DNA of 64,000 nt from Octopus sinensis (lineage: Eukaryota): the NCBI RefSeq assembly GCF_006345805.1, contig NC_042998.1, forward strand, positions 41,044,001 through 41,108,000, written 5' to 3'. A program made the position numbers and the translations under genes. Under the pieces are notes generated by a model. The model did not search any database and was not told the origin of the DNA. It saw nothing but the letters and a program-made list of their open reading frames with translations. Below are positions 36,731-50,908 of this stretch, in pieces; the stretch's first letter is position 1; each line of letters opens with the position of its first letter.

Positions 36731-39700
36731 GTAAGTACTTGTCTGTTTTTAAGGCCTTTTCTTTTTTTTTTTTTTTTTTTTGAAAGAATGTGGAACAAAG
36801 AATTGTTTATATGATGTTATCATTGTCTGAAATTTCATTTCCTAATGTTCCAGCTTTTTCTGGCAGTTCTACTAAAAAATAAAATTAAAAAACAAAAAAC
36901 TTGGAATTTTTATTTATTCAGTTATTTTTCTTCTTTTATGAGTCTGCTAATAACTGGAAGTGTGCAATGCATAAATTGTGTTTGATTAATTTTTAAATAA
37001 TCATGGTGAGGGAAATGTCATTTAAGAATTCCAAAGGATGTAGAGCTAGAGCTAGAAAATGTTTCAGAAGATATGGTATCCATTTTGATGGACTGGAGCC
37101 AAAGAGATGTATGATAGTTATTTTTGACACCAGCATAGTAGAAATAAGTTCAAAGAATAAATCATAGTTATCATGACAGAATTGGGGAAGTCAGCTTACT
37201 GTATGGAGAAAATTGAAGGGAATTTGTGAAATGTGTTTTTATGATTTAGCAGAAGTTGCCAAAAGATGTTGATTCCAGAAGTTTTAAACATGTTAAATGG
37301 TTAAAATTTTATTTACTAAAAAGTTATGACTTTCCAAACTTTCCCTTTCCTGAGCATAAACATGTAACCAACGAGAGGTCTTCTGATATAATTAAAATAA
37401 AGAACAATAATAGTTAACTCAACTCATGAAAAAGAACAAAATATATTAAGAGACACTTGAGGACAACTTAATGGACTTAAAAATGAAAGTAATTCCTGAT
37501 AGACATTAAATAAAAGACTGTGGATGGTTTTCAATCTGTAGATGAAGAAATATAAATATAACTTGCTTCATACATTGCAACAATTAAAAAAGTTTTCTTA
37601 AAAATAATATATTGAAGTTATTATCATAAGTAATTGCTTAGCCAAATAACTCCAAAGAACTTCAAATTGCACACTGCAGTTGTTCCACCTATTTCCAGAC
37701 ATTTGAGATACTTTAATCATAAGTGTGGCCATTGAAAGGCCATATGCAAAAGGTAATTAGCCAGTTGTTGATTTGAAATAGGTTATGACATGAACCTAAC
37801 AAAAGGCAAATTTATGATACTTAAATCAAATGTTGTTGCCTGAAGTAAAGAAAACATCTTAAAGAGGGTGTATGTAGTTCTACTAAGTTCCAATCATTTA
37901 AATTAGCTTGGTACATTTCTTAATTGTATCTCAAAATTCTATTCATATATCATCTCACTTCTTTTCTACATTAATAATGTGGTCTTTTTAATCTCCCCCC
38001 CACACACACACACACTCTCCATATATTCTGATATTATACTTCAGAGTTTAAAATTGACCATGAGAATTTTCCTTTGCCAATGGCCTAATTCTAATGGCTG
38101 AATCTATCAAATAATTAAAAATCTTCCAAACGTGGAAGCAAAGGTTTAATGTTAATGATCCTGCAAACAAACCAATGAAAAACAAAAAAGAATTAGTAAG
38201 CAGGAAGGAAGGCAAATGTAGCCATCTCAGAAGTGACCAAACTGAATATGAAGAAAAGTAGTATGTAGGAATTCCATAGTGTACCTAGTATAAATTACTA
38301 ATGCATGAAAGGTGCCATCAAGCTGATTGATAGACAAAAAGACTTCATATGTAATGTAAAAAAGTGCACAGGAGTAGTTAGCAGTAACTGCTCCTATAGA
38401 ATATATTCTTTTCAACTGCTTGGGAGGCTTCTTAGAAGTAGTTGATTTCTAGTGTTATGTAAAATATTTTGATAGCATATAGCTAGAGTAAATCAAGGTG
38501 GAAAAAGTCCAGGGAGCTATTATTTCTTTTGCCAACAAAAGTATTCTTTCTCCAAGTCAAGATGTGAGGCAAATTGTATGATGCTTGTGTACAAAGTTTG
38601 ATGTTGCATAGTGGCAAAGCATAGAACATTGAGGTTTATTTCATTTTCAAACCATTATCATCAATAGTTGTTGTGTCATTACATTGCTTTAAATACGTCA
38701 ACTGCTTTCATATTTGTGATTTAATCTCAACCTTATTTAAATAGCTACATAAAAGTGCCTTACTGTTAAGGAAGTATCAAATCAGATGGCTAAGATATTG
38801 TAACATCTATTATTCCTTTACACTTGTACTAAATTTAGTTTTATTTGGTCTATTCTAATATATAGTCAAATGATTACTGTCAGGAAGAACTTCAAATTAT
38901 TCAAAATTTACTCGAATAATTAATTACTACAGTTGTTTTGTTTGCAATGAATGATCCAACTTATGCCAATATAGTGAATGAATATAAAATTTTATAAACA
39001 AATAACTGTCATTTCTAATGTTATTTAACCATATTCATTTTTCTTTTATATTCAAGATGGCTTTCACTTGCCAATCATTACTTAAAAATGTACCAAGACA
39101 AAATTAAAAAAAAAAATTCCTCCTCCTCTGCTCAAAATATTCTGTTTTTATTTACTTAAATTCTAGTTTCTCATATTGGCTTCTATGATGTGTGTGCACA
39201 TATATGCACGCTCAATTAAATGAATATTTTCTCCTCCATTGATTGATGATTTAATTTCCTCAAAAGATTTCTTCTTTTTTATGTCATTGAATGTCTTATA
39301 TTGTTATATGAAAATCATTTAGTAAAAATATTCTGCTCACATTGTTGAGGAGCATATGCTGTAGTTTTATATAATCTACTGCATTCTTGTAAAATTCAAA
39401 CCAATTTTTTTTTGTCTCAAAAATTGTCTGAATGTCTAGGAAGTGATTGGGTTATTTAATTTTTGATATTCAGAGACAAAATAATACTGAAGCATAAATG
39501 AAGTAATGAAACACTTTATTATACAACTGTAGATTCACTTCAAGAACCTATTAGGGTATTCTTATTATGAATTTAAAAACAAAAGAAAAAAAAACAGCTT
39601 CTGGTGTTAACACAAAGTAGAACATTCTAGTTCTATAACTTGTATGCTCTATTTTATTTATTGTCAAATTTTTTAGTGAGAGAAAATCATAATTGGGATT

Positions 39701-40329
39701 GAGCTATGAAAAAAAAACCCCAATCCCGAATCAATTTATATTCATTCTTTAATATTAATAATCCTTTCTGCTATAGGCACAAGGCCTGAAATTTTTTAGG
39801 GAAGGAGGGTAGCCAATCACATCAGTCCCAATAGTCAAGTTGCATTCAAGAATAATTATTTGTAACCGCTTGTATGTAATGCAAGGAAAGGTGTTTTCTT
39901 TCATATAAGTTGTATTTTAAACTGTTTATCATTTCATCATGATGAAAGATTATCACACAAACTTCATAATTCTTTTACTCATTCAAACTTGTGTTTTAAC
40001 TATCTCTCATTCTCTCTCTCATACACATATGTGTGTGCAAATACATAGATGTTTTGAAGCTATCATTAGGCCAGCAGAGTTTATATAGTAAGCATTAGGA
40101 CGAAATCAATAGCAATCCCTTTCTACTTTGCTCATTGTCAGTCTTTATTTAAATATTCCCTTATTTAGTGTATGTGTGTGATTGTCATTTATAAGAGATG
40201 ACATCACTCAAGATCAGAACAGCAAAATATCATCTCTAGGATACACTACAAATCAGTTTGTGATGTTACGTCATATTTATGTACTTCACCCTTCAGGTGT
40301 ACGCTCAGTCTACAACCATTTTTACTTAT

Positions 40330-40698
40330 TTTTATCTTTTACTTGTTTCATTCATTGGACTGCAGCCATGCTGGAGTACCACCTTAAAGGGTTTAGTCGA
40401 CCAAGTCAACTCCAGTATTTATTATTAAGCTTGATACTTGTTCCATTGGCCTTTTTTGCCAAACTACTAAGTTACAGAAATGTAATCAGGCCAGCACCAC
40501 TTACGAGCAGTGGTGGGGAAAAACACACACACTCATTAATATAATGGACTTTCACACATTTTCTGTCTACTAAATCCACTGACATGTCTTTTGTCAGTCT
40601 GGAGTTATAGTACAAGACACTTACCCAAAGTGTTGCCCAGTGTGATTGAACCAAAGAACACATGGTTTGGAATCAAGCTTCTTTACCACACAGCCACA
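40330..40698 (-). mobile_element. SINE family A, near full length
   Basis: ggactgcagccatgctggagtacc...aaatccactgac...gacacttacccaaagtgttgcccagtgtgattgaacc...ccacacagcc. Confidence 0.8.
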
Positions 40699-41152
40699 GT
40701 ATATTTCTTAATGTATGTGAAGTGTGTGTGTGATAATATATATATAATTATAAAGGTGAGTGTAAGTTAAACCCTGTTTTAATAAACATGCAATTTAGCT
40801 TAGCTATGAAAAGTAAACAGTTATTACACTGCAGGTTTATCTCTACATGTGCCAAAAGGAGGAATCGATTTGAATAATTTCAGATTTTGTTAAACTTTCA
40901 TCACAGAAACATAAATCATTTTCTGCTCAGTGTGCAAATATGAAAGGTCAATTTTGTTATTTCAAACTTGTATTCAAAATAAATGGCTAAATGCTACTAA
41001 TCTCTATGTGAGCAGAAAATGTGTTTCCATTTATTCTCTAACCACTTTACAATATGTGGTGAGTGCATGAGAAGGCACCAGCATTTGCGAGGTTGTCATG
41101 TTCCTTGCGCAGCAGAGTCCTCACTACATTCTGTTTTCTCATTCATTTAGAG

Positions 41153-41468
41153 CAAAGGTTCTCAACCATTTTTTTTATCTGTGGACCCCTTGACTACTAT
41201 TTCATTCTTCTGGACCTCCATAGCCATTTGATGTTTAAAAACAGTTTTATAGAAACTTCTTTCAAAATTCCTATATTGTTATTCACACATTAACTCATGT
41301 AGGTTGAACTATATAAAATGCTTAAGAAACTTGTTTCTTGCAATACATAACCAATGCATACATACACATCAATGCTATTGTGGGCCCCTAATTTACTATT
41401 TTGTTTGGGTCCCCCAAAATCTAATATGGTTCCTCAGGGGCCATATTGACCCCAGTTGAGAACCACTG
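41153..41468. mobile_element. hAT-type MITE
   Basis: caaaggttctcaac ... gttgagaaccactg terminal inverted repeats; target-site duplication degraded. Confidence 0.6.
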
Positions 41469-42745
41469 ATTAAAGCAATGTGAATAATGGAGCAAATAGA
41501 AGAGAAGATAATTAATGAACATGAATTTGGGTAAGAATGGAAAAGCAATATTGTAATTAGGGAAAACATTAATAGGAGTGACTGAGGAAGAGGACAATGA
41601 ACAGGGAAAGGCAGTGGTAGATGGAGTAATGGAAGAGAAACAGCAATGTCAGTGTATTAGGAGAAACATTGATAGCAGATGGTAATGAGGGAGAGAAAGA
41701 GAGAGAAAGAATGAGATAGTTGCACCAGTAATCAGCTGTGAGAGAGTTTGATGAATGTCAATAACTAGAGAGCTGGCGAGAGGTAGTAGTGGCTTGCAGC
41801 ATAGGCAAATAATGTTAGCTGGTAAGAGATGAATCATCCTAGAGATAGGCATTCATATAAGAGTGTGATGGATACTAATAAAAAATAACTTTGAAGAGAA
41901 GAAAAACTTTTCACTGAAGATTAGCTGTCTTGTTATCAACATCCAATATCTTTAAAATATACTCTCGAAGTGTTTACATCATTTACAGTCACATCTAGTT
42001 TCTGCAAATTTCTTTCTATTGCTATATTAGATTGGTCAAAATATGCAGTAAAGTCTTCTCCCACTAAGACTACAACAATAGATTCTAAAATTCTTAATCA
42101 GGAGATGATGAAACTGTATGTAGATGTTAAGTATGCCAAAGGAAATGGAGAAAAATAATAAAAGGAATTGTTACCATTTTCTATGTCCTTAAATCTAGCT
42201 TCATAATTTTTTAACAAATAGTTTTTTACTTTCATATGGATGCTCTGCATCAATATAAATGCAAGTTAAGCCTCTATCACCAACAGAGTTTATAACTTAG
42301 TTTGATATTTTGCTTAATTTAATACTATTTAAAGTTATTTTCCATTTATATTAATTAGGAATGTAATGCCTCGTGACCTGTTAAATCAGTGTGTACTGCT
42401 TACTTTTTTCAGGGTTATAGACAAATCAGCCAAACTGGGCTTATCCCTCTTCAAAGTTAAATTCACATGCATAAACCCTATCGGTAAATTTGAAGAGAAG
42501 CAACTAGAGAATTAGTAATGTTCAATTTCAATTTTAATTCAGTTACAAACTCCACTTGCAAAATATTTCCCTCTACACTATAAACAAAAGTTTTATTTTA
42601 ATACCCAGGGAATTACATAGAATTCTAATTGAAATTGTTGTTGATCCATGCAGTTATTCTGTTACATCTTCAAATGTAGCTATAACCATAGAAGCAATTA
42701 TTGTTATAATTGGTAGGTTAATGATATACTTGCTTTCTTCTTCAG

Positions 42746-42928
42746 ACTGTAGAAGATGAAATGTTGAAACGACAAGGAGCTTTATCTTCTATTTTGGACA
42801 TTACTAATCAACTGAAGAATATGGCAGATATTGGTATGCTTGAAGATGCTACATTAAAAGTGAATGCACTTAAACAGCAATGGAATGAATTTGAAGAAAT
42901 TTTAGCGAAACAAAAATTACAATATGAG
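42746..42928 (+). CDS. DMD: Dystrophin exon 12 (183 nt)
   Basis: ctttcttcttcag| TVEDEMLKRQGALSSILDITNQLK...ALKQQWNEFEEILAKQKLQYE |gtaagt. Confidence 0.92.
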
Positions 42929-43049
42929 GTAAGTTCCTGATTTTCACAATTTCATTTTATTTCCATTTGGTGACGTGGTGGTAGGGAAGATCTACCCACC
43001 AATGTAAGAATGACAAATTGCTTATTAAAATAATTGAGGAGGTGATGGG

Positions 43050-43820
43050 GTTGAGGGATGTGTAATACCATCCTTTGGTGGCTCACTCAGAATTCTCCTG
43101 TTAAGTTTCCACCTACTGTCCTCTTCTCTATCATCCTCTTTCCTAATCACTGTAACATTCCACCTGTGTAATGAGTCAGTCCGTATTTGATCCCTCCACC
43201 ATAATCCATCATCACTATACCTCTTTTCCATTATCACCCTTCTATCATTCTGTCTCCCTTTCAACACTATACTTTTGTTACAAGGATTGAATCTGTCTGT
43301 ATTCTTTACCCTCTGTTATTACTCTCTACCACTATCATTCTCTCTTCTTATGTGATTTATAGTTGACATCAACCACTTTATTTATCATCTTTCTTACCTC
43401 ATAACTTGCACTCTTCTACCATGACACATCTTTAAATGCTATCCTACCAGGCTATTTTATATTTAACCTCCTAACATGACATTTTTATTGCTATCTCATC
43501 ACATTATTTTCTATTTAACCTCCTATCAAACTGCCAATATGTATCTATCACTGTCTGCTATCTCTCTACTTCTACCATCTTAACACTCTGTTTCTTCCAT
43601 CATTCTCATACCAAAGTCTTTTTCACCCTTGTAGTAATTACTCCCTTTCTAATTTTCACACTCTTTGTCACTTTAAATAATCCGAGGCTACAAAGAATAC
43701 TCTTTAGTCTTACAAGGACTAAGGCAACTTATTGTATTGTTTCACTCTGATATTTTCTCTTCTCTCACCTTCTTAGCTTTCACTCTTTCTCCTCTATTTA
43801 CCCTATCAGTCTTCCTTACC
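43050..43820 (+). mobile_element. Possible ancient Jockey-like RT fossil (pyrimidine-rich strand)
   Basis: Strong C/T strand skew and faint motifs; mirror-skewed segment at about 41490-41860 shows FAYA near 41805 on the minus strand. Confidence 0.3.
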
Positions 43821-44178
43821 TCAAGAAAATGGATGCAGTGGGGAGAAAGAACTCTAATTTACAGAGATCAAGGCAATCTTCTCTCTCCCTTTCTCTTGCT
43901 TGTGTCACTATAAAATACACCAGGTACACTTTGTGAAGTGCTTGATTTTAGGAAGAGTATCCAGCCATAGAAAACATACAAAAAGAATGGAACATGTGAT
44001 TTGTTGCCCTCTAATCTCTCTAGGAGGCATGTGACTTTGTGGTGGGGGGGTTGTACTTGTGATTGTATGATTATGATTTTGATCCCCTGATATTGTATTC
44101 TTGAGCAGGATACTTCATTTCACATTGCTCCATTCCACTCAGCTGACAAAAATGAGTAAACCTGCAATAGGGAATATA

Positions 44179-44210
<32 letters not shown>

Positions 44211-44870
44211 GTCACAGAATCTAGGAAACCAGCCTTATGAACCTTTGGCCCAGGAAAGACCTATGATGCAATTTTTTTTTAAAATTATGTCTAGGAACTA
44301 AAAAATAACTGAATCAGACTGATAAGCCATCCAACCTATATCAGTGTTGAAAACAAGCATAAAATGATGCTGATGATATTCATCTGCTTAAAGAAATTTG
44401 GTTTGTATGTGGAATATTATAAAAGAATTGAAATAGTCATATATTTTAATAGTTTTAACTTAATATTTGGATAATTTAAATTAAAGCTCTCAAAGTAGGT
44501 GATATCACTCCATGGGAATCAGTGAAAAGTCTTATATGGGTAATGGGAACAGAGGGGATCATAGGAGAGGTAATAGATGCATCTTTTAATTGCCCTAATT
44601 TTCATAAAATCTTTTCAGTTTCCATATTGTGTATATTGTATGGTAATATTATATTGATGAAATGTCTTATGTCTAAGTCTTTTAATGGCAATCAATCTGT
44701 TGGCAGTAACTTTTTGTAGCATATTTGATTTTGCTGAACAAAGAAGAGGATGAGTGGCATTGAAAGAGAGTGAACAAAAAAAGAGGGTGACAATTTAAAA
44801 AGCTTTTTAGAAACACTCATTTAAAAGAGTACATTCTGTTACTTAATAACTAATTAACTCCTAAACATTA

Positions 44871-44959
44871 TGTGTGTGTGTGTGTGTGTGCGTGTGTGTG
44901 TGTGCATATATATGTGTGTATGTTCATATATATGTGTGTGTGTGTGTGTATATATATAA

Positions 44960-44990
<31 letters not shown>
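44871..44990. repeat. Compound (TG)n/(TA)n microsatellite
   Basis: Direct reading. Confidence 0.95.
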
Positions 44991-45352
44991 CATCATCATA
45001 TTACTAGTAGGTGTTCTTCATTAAACTTATATGAACATTGATTTTTGGATATGTACTCATTTTGTATCCACAGTATAAAAAATTTTACTGATGTTTGTGA
45101 TTTCATAATACATACTTTTCTTATTCAACTAATTCATGGTAGAAAATTACCATTTTTAAATCTCACAATGTGAGACATTCAGCAACAGTACTTTGTAGTA
45201 CAGATTGTTTGCCAAGATAACATGGCAGTCCTGGTTTAGGACAAATGTTGCTGTAATTTAGCCCCAGGAGACATCGTCTCCAGCTGACTATATGACGTGA
45301 TCCAAGTCCTTATATTTTCGAACAAGGGAATCTAGCACCCCCACCTGGCTCA

Positions 45353-45415
45353 AAACAATATCTCTGTATCGCGATTTCTAGGTTATTTCCCTTCATCAGC
45401 ACAGAATAATTGTTT
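45353..45415 (-). ncRNA. Candidate minimal type I hammerhead-ribozyme-like motif in a probable Penelope-derived repeat (about 45195-45440)
   Basis: Minus strand AAACAAUUAUUCUGUG CUGAUGA AGGG AAAUAA CCUA GAA AUCGCGAU A CAGAGAUAUUGUUU: core CUGAUGA...GAAA...UH, palindromic stem III, complementary flanks. Confidence 0.5.
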
Positions 45416-48121
45416 GGCTAGAGGTGGCACTGCCAAATTCCTGTTCAAAATATATAGCTTTCAAAGTGAAAACTAGTCACTGATCTATAAATTAGAAAAT
45501 AATCAGTAATATTCCTAAGAATGTGATATTATTAAAAAAATAAAAGTTCTTTATGAATGCTCAGAAAGATTATCTCTTAGGTTAAACAAGAAATGTAAAA
45601 GTCAAGATTTAAAATTGAGATTTTCTGCAGATTCTGCAAATTCATGATTTATAATTGAAATTTCCTACAAACTTTTGTATTTGATTTTTCATGAAGTTGT
45701 CATATTTTTCTGATAAAATTTTACAAGAGATTTAATAATTTATGAAACATTTAATGTGCTATGATTTAAAGTCAATTTAAGCCTCATTATTGTATTTATC
45801 TTTTGGCATCCTTCACAATATTTAAATATTGCTGGTCATTGTTACTGAGTGTCTTTACACCCCCATACACTGTATAATTGGAGTAAAATGCTTACAACTC
45901 TCCTAATGCTACACCTAACCACATTTTACAGTCACACTTTACAGCCTTGTACTGAGAAACCCAACAAAGGAAGTCTTTAGAGCTCTTAAAGCTTTTCTGC
46001 CCTTTTCATAGATACATATGTGTGCATGCACACACAGCTTAGAGACATGTCATATTGAGTGTATAAACTAGAACACAGATTTAACAGTTAGCCATTACTC
46101 CTCTTCCATGCCATATGTGAATTTTACATTCAATTGTACTGTTCATCCAGTGTATACATACAGAATGTAATGCTTTGTTTAAAAAGATCCTTCAAGTATT
46201 CAGCACTCATTTTGAAGATAAGTGTTCTGTTTTCTACATCATGCCAGTGATGAGTATTTTGAATGTAAACTTACCATCAGCCATGGCTGGTGTTATGTGA
46301 CATCACATTTCATCTGAACAATGTTCCCACAATCATGAATGAGTCAATAGCAGTTGTAATTTTTCACCTGCCATACCTTGCCTATCGCATTCTATTGAGA
46401 GTTGGATTCGTTTTGTGAATTGGATAGCATTTATCATTTTTCACTACTTGTTGTTTGGAATTTTTAATGAATTTTAGTATCTTCTATTATTTTCATATTA
46501 TCTTGGCTTTTTGTTTTTGTTTGATGTTTAAGCAATATATTATAACTTATCTGGTTTTTGAAGATATATGTTATACCTAGTAGGTGGCTCACCAATGTAG
46601 AATGTGTTGTAATCTATTGACTGGTGTAGTGCATGCATAGAAGGAACTTCAGAGGTTACAAATGATTATCGATATTTTGCTTTTTTTTTTTTTTTTTCAA
46701 AAAGACTCCTAAATTGGGAAGAACTTGAAACAAAACACCTTAAGTTACATCATAATCATATTGTATTAATTGAAAACCTTGTAAGATGATTGAGTCAAAT
46801 CTATTGGCCTGCCATTTTTGGATGGAAAGAAAAAAAGGCCTGATTTCATATACATCTTTTTGTTTGTTAAGCTTTAGATATTTTTACGGAATTTCATACT
46901 TTTTATTTATTTTATCTCCTAAAAATGCCTCTACATATGTGTGTGAGTATGTCATGTTACACACACACTCATGTAATATTGTTTCATTCATATTGTTTTG
47001 CATATTTCTTTAAAAAGAATTATATCCAGAACTAAAATCTTAATTATAACTTCAGGTTACATCAAACTCAGTAACAAGTATTTTCTAAGTGGCCACAGCT
47101 AGGTAATTTAACTACAGTGAACCCACTAGCTAATGATGTCCTCTTGCAAAGAGATTCTCATTAGAGAACAAAGTCATGAAATGTTGCCAAGATTCTCTAC
47201 ATTGCTGTAACCAGTTTTGGCTTCACAATCATAAAAGACTAATTAGACAAATACTTTTTTTTCTATTAGGAACCACTAACACAAGTCTATTATGCCACAT
47301 TGAAAGTGGTAGAATAGAATATGCATTGAAATGGTAGAACTTAGTTGCTTTTTTTAAAATCTTTATGCTGTTATTGTTATTTCCTTGAATATTGAAGCTA
47401 ATTCTTGTGGAATTTATAGACTTCCAATATTCCTCTAGAAAGCAATGCTTGTTAACCTAAATGTTCTTTTTATATAATTCTGTCTGTTTTGTGACTTAGC
47501 TTCATCCAGTTTTAAAGGCTGTTATTGACTTGGAGCAAATCTTACATAGTACATAGTGTTTTCTTTAAAATACTATATCACCTATAGCCTAATTGTAGTA
47601 TTATTTCTTAAAGTGCCTGTAATATCGTAAGAAATGCTTTACTGTTTTACTTGATCATTTAAATGATCTCATGTCTTTCATTGTCATATTTCTTTCTATA
47701 AAGAATACTTTTTTAATGAATTTTTGAAGTGAATGTTCTTAATTCAATATAGTATGAAAATATTCTTTACTAATAATTCATGACATGCAGAATGTATCTA
47801 TTAATATAGGGTTGGAAGGAAATTAAACACGAAAGAAGAGAAAACGATTATAGTTTTATTTTTTGCAATTTTCTGTTAAGCATTTTAATAAGGGCTACAT
47901 TCTCTGTGTTCAAAACATAGTTATGAAATAGCTATCTCTTTCTTTCAACAAATAGGTGTGCATACAATGCTGTACTTTTTTTTTTTTAAGGAAAGGAAAA
48001 GCAGATATGTGAGAATTAGGATTAAAATAGAAATATTCTGAAACATTGTAGGCCTATGTAATTTATCCAGAATGGAGAAACTAACTTTCAATAATAATAG
48101 TGATGATGAAAAATAATTTAA

Positions 48122-48653
48122 CCCTTCCTTGCTGTATTTCTAATGACATACACTGTCAATGTGTTTTAATTAATTTGAAAAATAATCTAGGTTTTGGTGT
48201 TTGGAGCATATCTTGTATGTTTCAGTCATAGGACTGCAGCCATGTTAAGGCAATGAAAAAAATTTAGTGAAACAAATCAATTCTAGGACTGATTTCTTAA
48301 ATGTCTGGTACTTATTCTATAGGTCTCTTTTTGCCAAACCGTTAAATTATGGAGACATAAACAAACCAACACCAGTTGTCAAGCAGTGGTGGGACAAATA
48401 CACATACATGACAGGCTTCTTTCAAATTGTGACTTCCAAATCCACTCCCAACACTATAGTAGAAGACACTTGCCCAAGGTGCTGTGCAGTGGGACTGAAG
48501 CCATTACTTCATGGTTGGGAAGCAAGTCTCATAAACACTCAACCATGGTTGTGCTATCATAATAGTTTTTTTTACATATTTACAAACATTTCAAAATTAG
48601 ATTGTTTTGAATTATAAAATCAGACATTCTCAAACACATTTGCATCAAAAGGG
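48122..48653. mobile_element. piggyBac-type MITE with nested SINE A (about 48215-48550, minus)
   Basis: TTAA|CCCTT ... AAGGG|TTAA ends; SINE body aggactgcagccatg...agacacttgcccaaggtgctgtgcagtgggactgaa inside. Confidence 0.6.
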
Positions 48654-50466
48654 TTAAGCTGATTAATTTCCACTATTTTTCTCCAATAAATATTTAGGAA
48701 ATTATTCTGGATTTATTTTTAAATATAATGAAAATTTTGTCTGTAATGATAATGATTCAACTGCATTTAAATCAATGGCAACTGATTGAATTCTTGTTGT
48801 TATTGAACCCTTAAAAAAAAAAAAAAACATTGATGTAAATTTAACATTTTACACTAATCAAAACTGATCAGTATTGGATTCTGAATGAGGCTGAGAAGAA
48901 CTGAACTTATATGATTAAATGTTCAAACCTGAGTTGGTTGGATGAGGCGGATTTATAAAAAGAGGGAAGTGAAGACAAAACAAATATCAACTATAGGATG
49001 CACCTATAGTATAATGGTTAGCAACAGAATAGACTGTTGTCGCCATTTTATATGGGCTTATAAACTAGTCAGCTCTCATTAACTTTTACATCCCACTGCC
49101 CATTTTTTTCCCCATAAGTATTTTTCACTATGATTATATATAACATTTGTTAGTGAATACAAATCTTTCCTTTAAGAAGAGTTTCTTGATTTTTTTCTTC
49201 TTTTCTACACTTGTTCTTTCTGAATAGTGTAGGAAGACAAATGAAATGAAATCAAACTTAAATAATGGAATATTTTAATGCAATTTTCTTTCACAATTAA
49301 TCCAAACCTGATATGTTTCTCATATTTAGGTCAATTCATTTAAATATATTATGATTATTTTAATCTGAATTTAAATCGGATCTGAATGAAAAAGAGGTGA
49401 ATCAATTTTTTTTTTATCAGACTGATATTTGAAGTAGACATAGAAGTCTTTTCTCAATATTTTAGTAATATTGTAATAAACTGATGTGAAAATTGATTAC
49501 TATAAATAAAGTACAGTTTGTACGAGCCATGTAATTGGTAAGTGCTATAAAGAAGACAGAGTGCATTACAATATCTTACTCATAGTCGCCAAATTTTCTC
49601 TGCTTCTGAAAAAGGCCTTTACTCAAGAAAGGAATGTTTCTAGATAATAAATTTATATTTGTATGTATAAGCTTCATAATGAAATCACACATAAGTTCCT
49701 TATAAATCTTATGTAAGTTATTTTGCTTTCTGTCCTTCTTACATCAAAAAACTTGGTACAAATAAGTAATATAGTTTATTTAGTTATTTTCCAGCCTGCA
49801 ATAAATTATTGTAGGCTTGTTAAAAAGATTCAGTACTGTGACTTATATAAATACATAAAATTAAAGATATATCTTCCCTTTGAAACATTGGAGAATTACA
49901 TTTAAGCCTTTCTACACCTCCACTTTCTTTGTCTAGATGCAAGCTCCAAACTTTTACCTATCAATCTAGAATGTCTGTAACAAAAAAAGACAATAAAGAT
50001 AACACCATCATCACAGTACTCTAGTAGACCATAGTAGAAAATGACACTTCAAAAATGCATTGTCTAGAATAGGCATGGGCAACTTTTTTTGAAAAGCAGG
50101 CCATGTGAGACATGATGCATAATGGTGGGGGCTCACTATTAAAAAAAAAAGAAAAAAATTCAAGGTAATTTTTGTTGATGTACTATTCAGAAAGTCTCAC
50201 TGAGTGCAATTGGCCCATTACTGGCCTAGAATTTGCATCTACTGTAGAAATAAAACTTAAATTTATTAATATTTAATTTTATTGCAAAATAAGAACATTT
50301 TTTTAAGAAAATCACATCAGAATGATATTCAGAACAACATAATTTGTAATTCTGTCACTGAAGTAAAATGCCATGGAGCCATTGGGTTAAAACTTCTCAG
50401 TGGAAAATAGAAAAACTAAAGAAAGAAACAGATTCTAAGAATTTTTTTAATATTACCAGAATATAG

Positions 50467-50683
50467 GGCAGTGAGCTGGCAGAATCCTTAAACACACTGG
50501 GCGAAATGGCTAGCAACATTTTGTCCTTACATTTAGAGTTCAAATTCAAGGTTGACGTTGCCTTTCATCTTTCAGGGTTGATAAAACAAGTACCTCTTGA
50601 GCACTGGGATTGATGTAATTAACTTCCCCCCCCCCCTCCACCGAACTTGTTGGCCTTGTGCCAAAATTTTAAACCAATATTAT
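50467..50683 (+). mobile_element. SINE family B
   Basis: ggcagtgagctggcagaatc, B-box gagttcaaattc, core gttgcctttcatctttcagggttgataaaacaagtacc, ggccttgtgcc. Confidence 0.8.
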
Positions 50684-50702
50684 CAGAGTAGATAGGTTAG
50701 AG

Positions 50703-50908
50703 ATAATGTTTTCTGTTTTAAACTAGTAGTTTTTATGGGGAGGAGTTAGTTGATGCCATCAACTCCAGTATTTGACTGGTACTTTATTTTATTGATACTG
50801 AAGAAATGAAGAGCAAAGTTACCCTTAGCGGAATTTGAATTTGGAATGTTAAGAGGCTGATCAGATACTGCAAAAAATTTTTATGATACTCTAACAATTC
50901 TGCCAGCT
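50703..50908 (-). mobile_element. SINE family B, inverted relative to the adjacent copy
   Basis: ggggaggagttagttgatgccatcaactccagtatttgactggtac...gcggaatttgaatt...aattctgccagct; another minus copy at about 51110-51300. Confidence 0.75.

Noticed and set aside
37040-37800. Faint mariner/Tc1-like motif remnants
   Set aside because: Too degenerate to support by eye; no TIRs found
48990-49030. 8-bp hairpin overlapping a tRNA A-box-like tagtataatggttag
   Set aside because: No B-box or cloverleaf follows; not a tRNA gene
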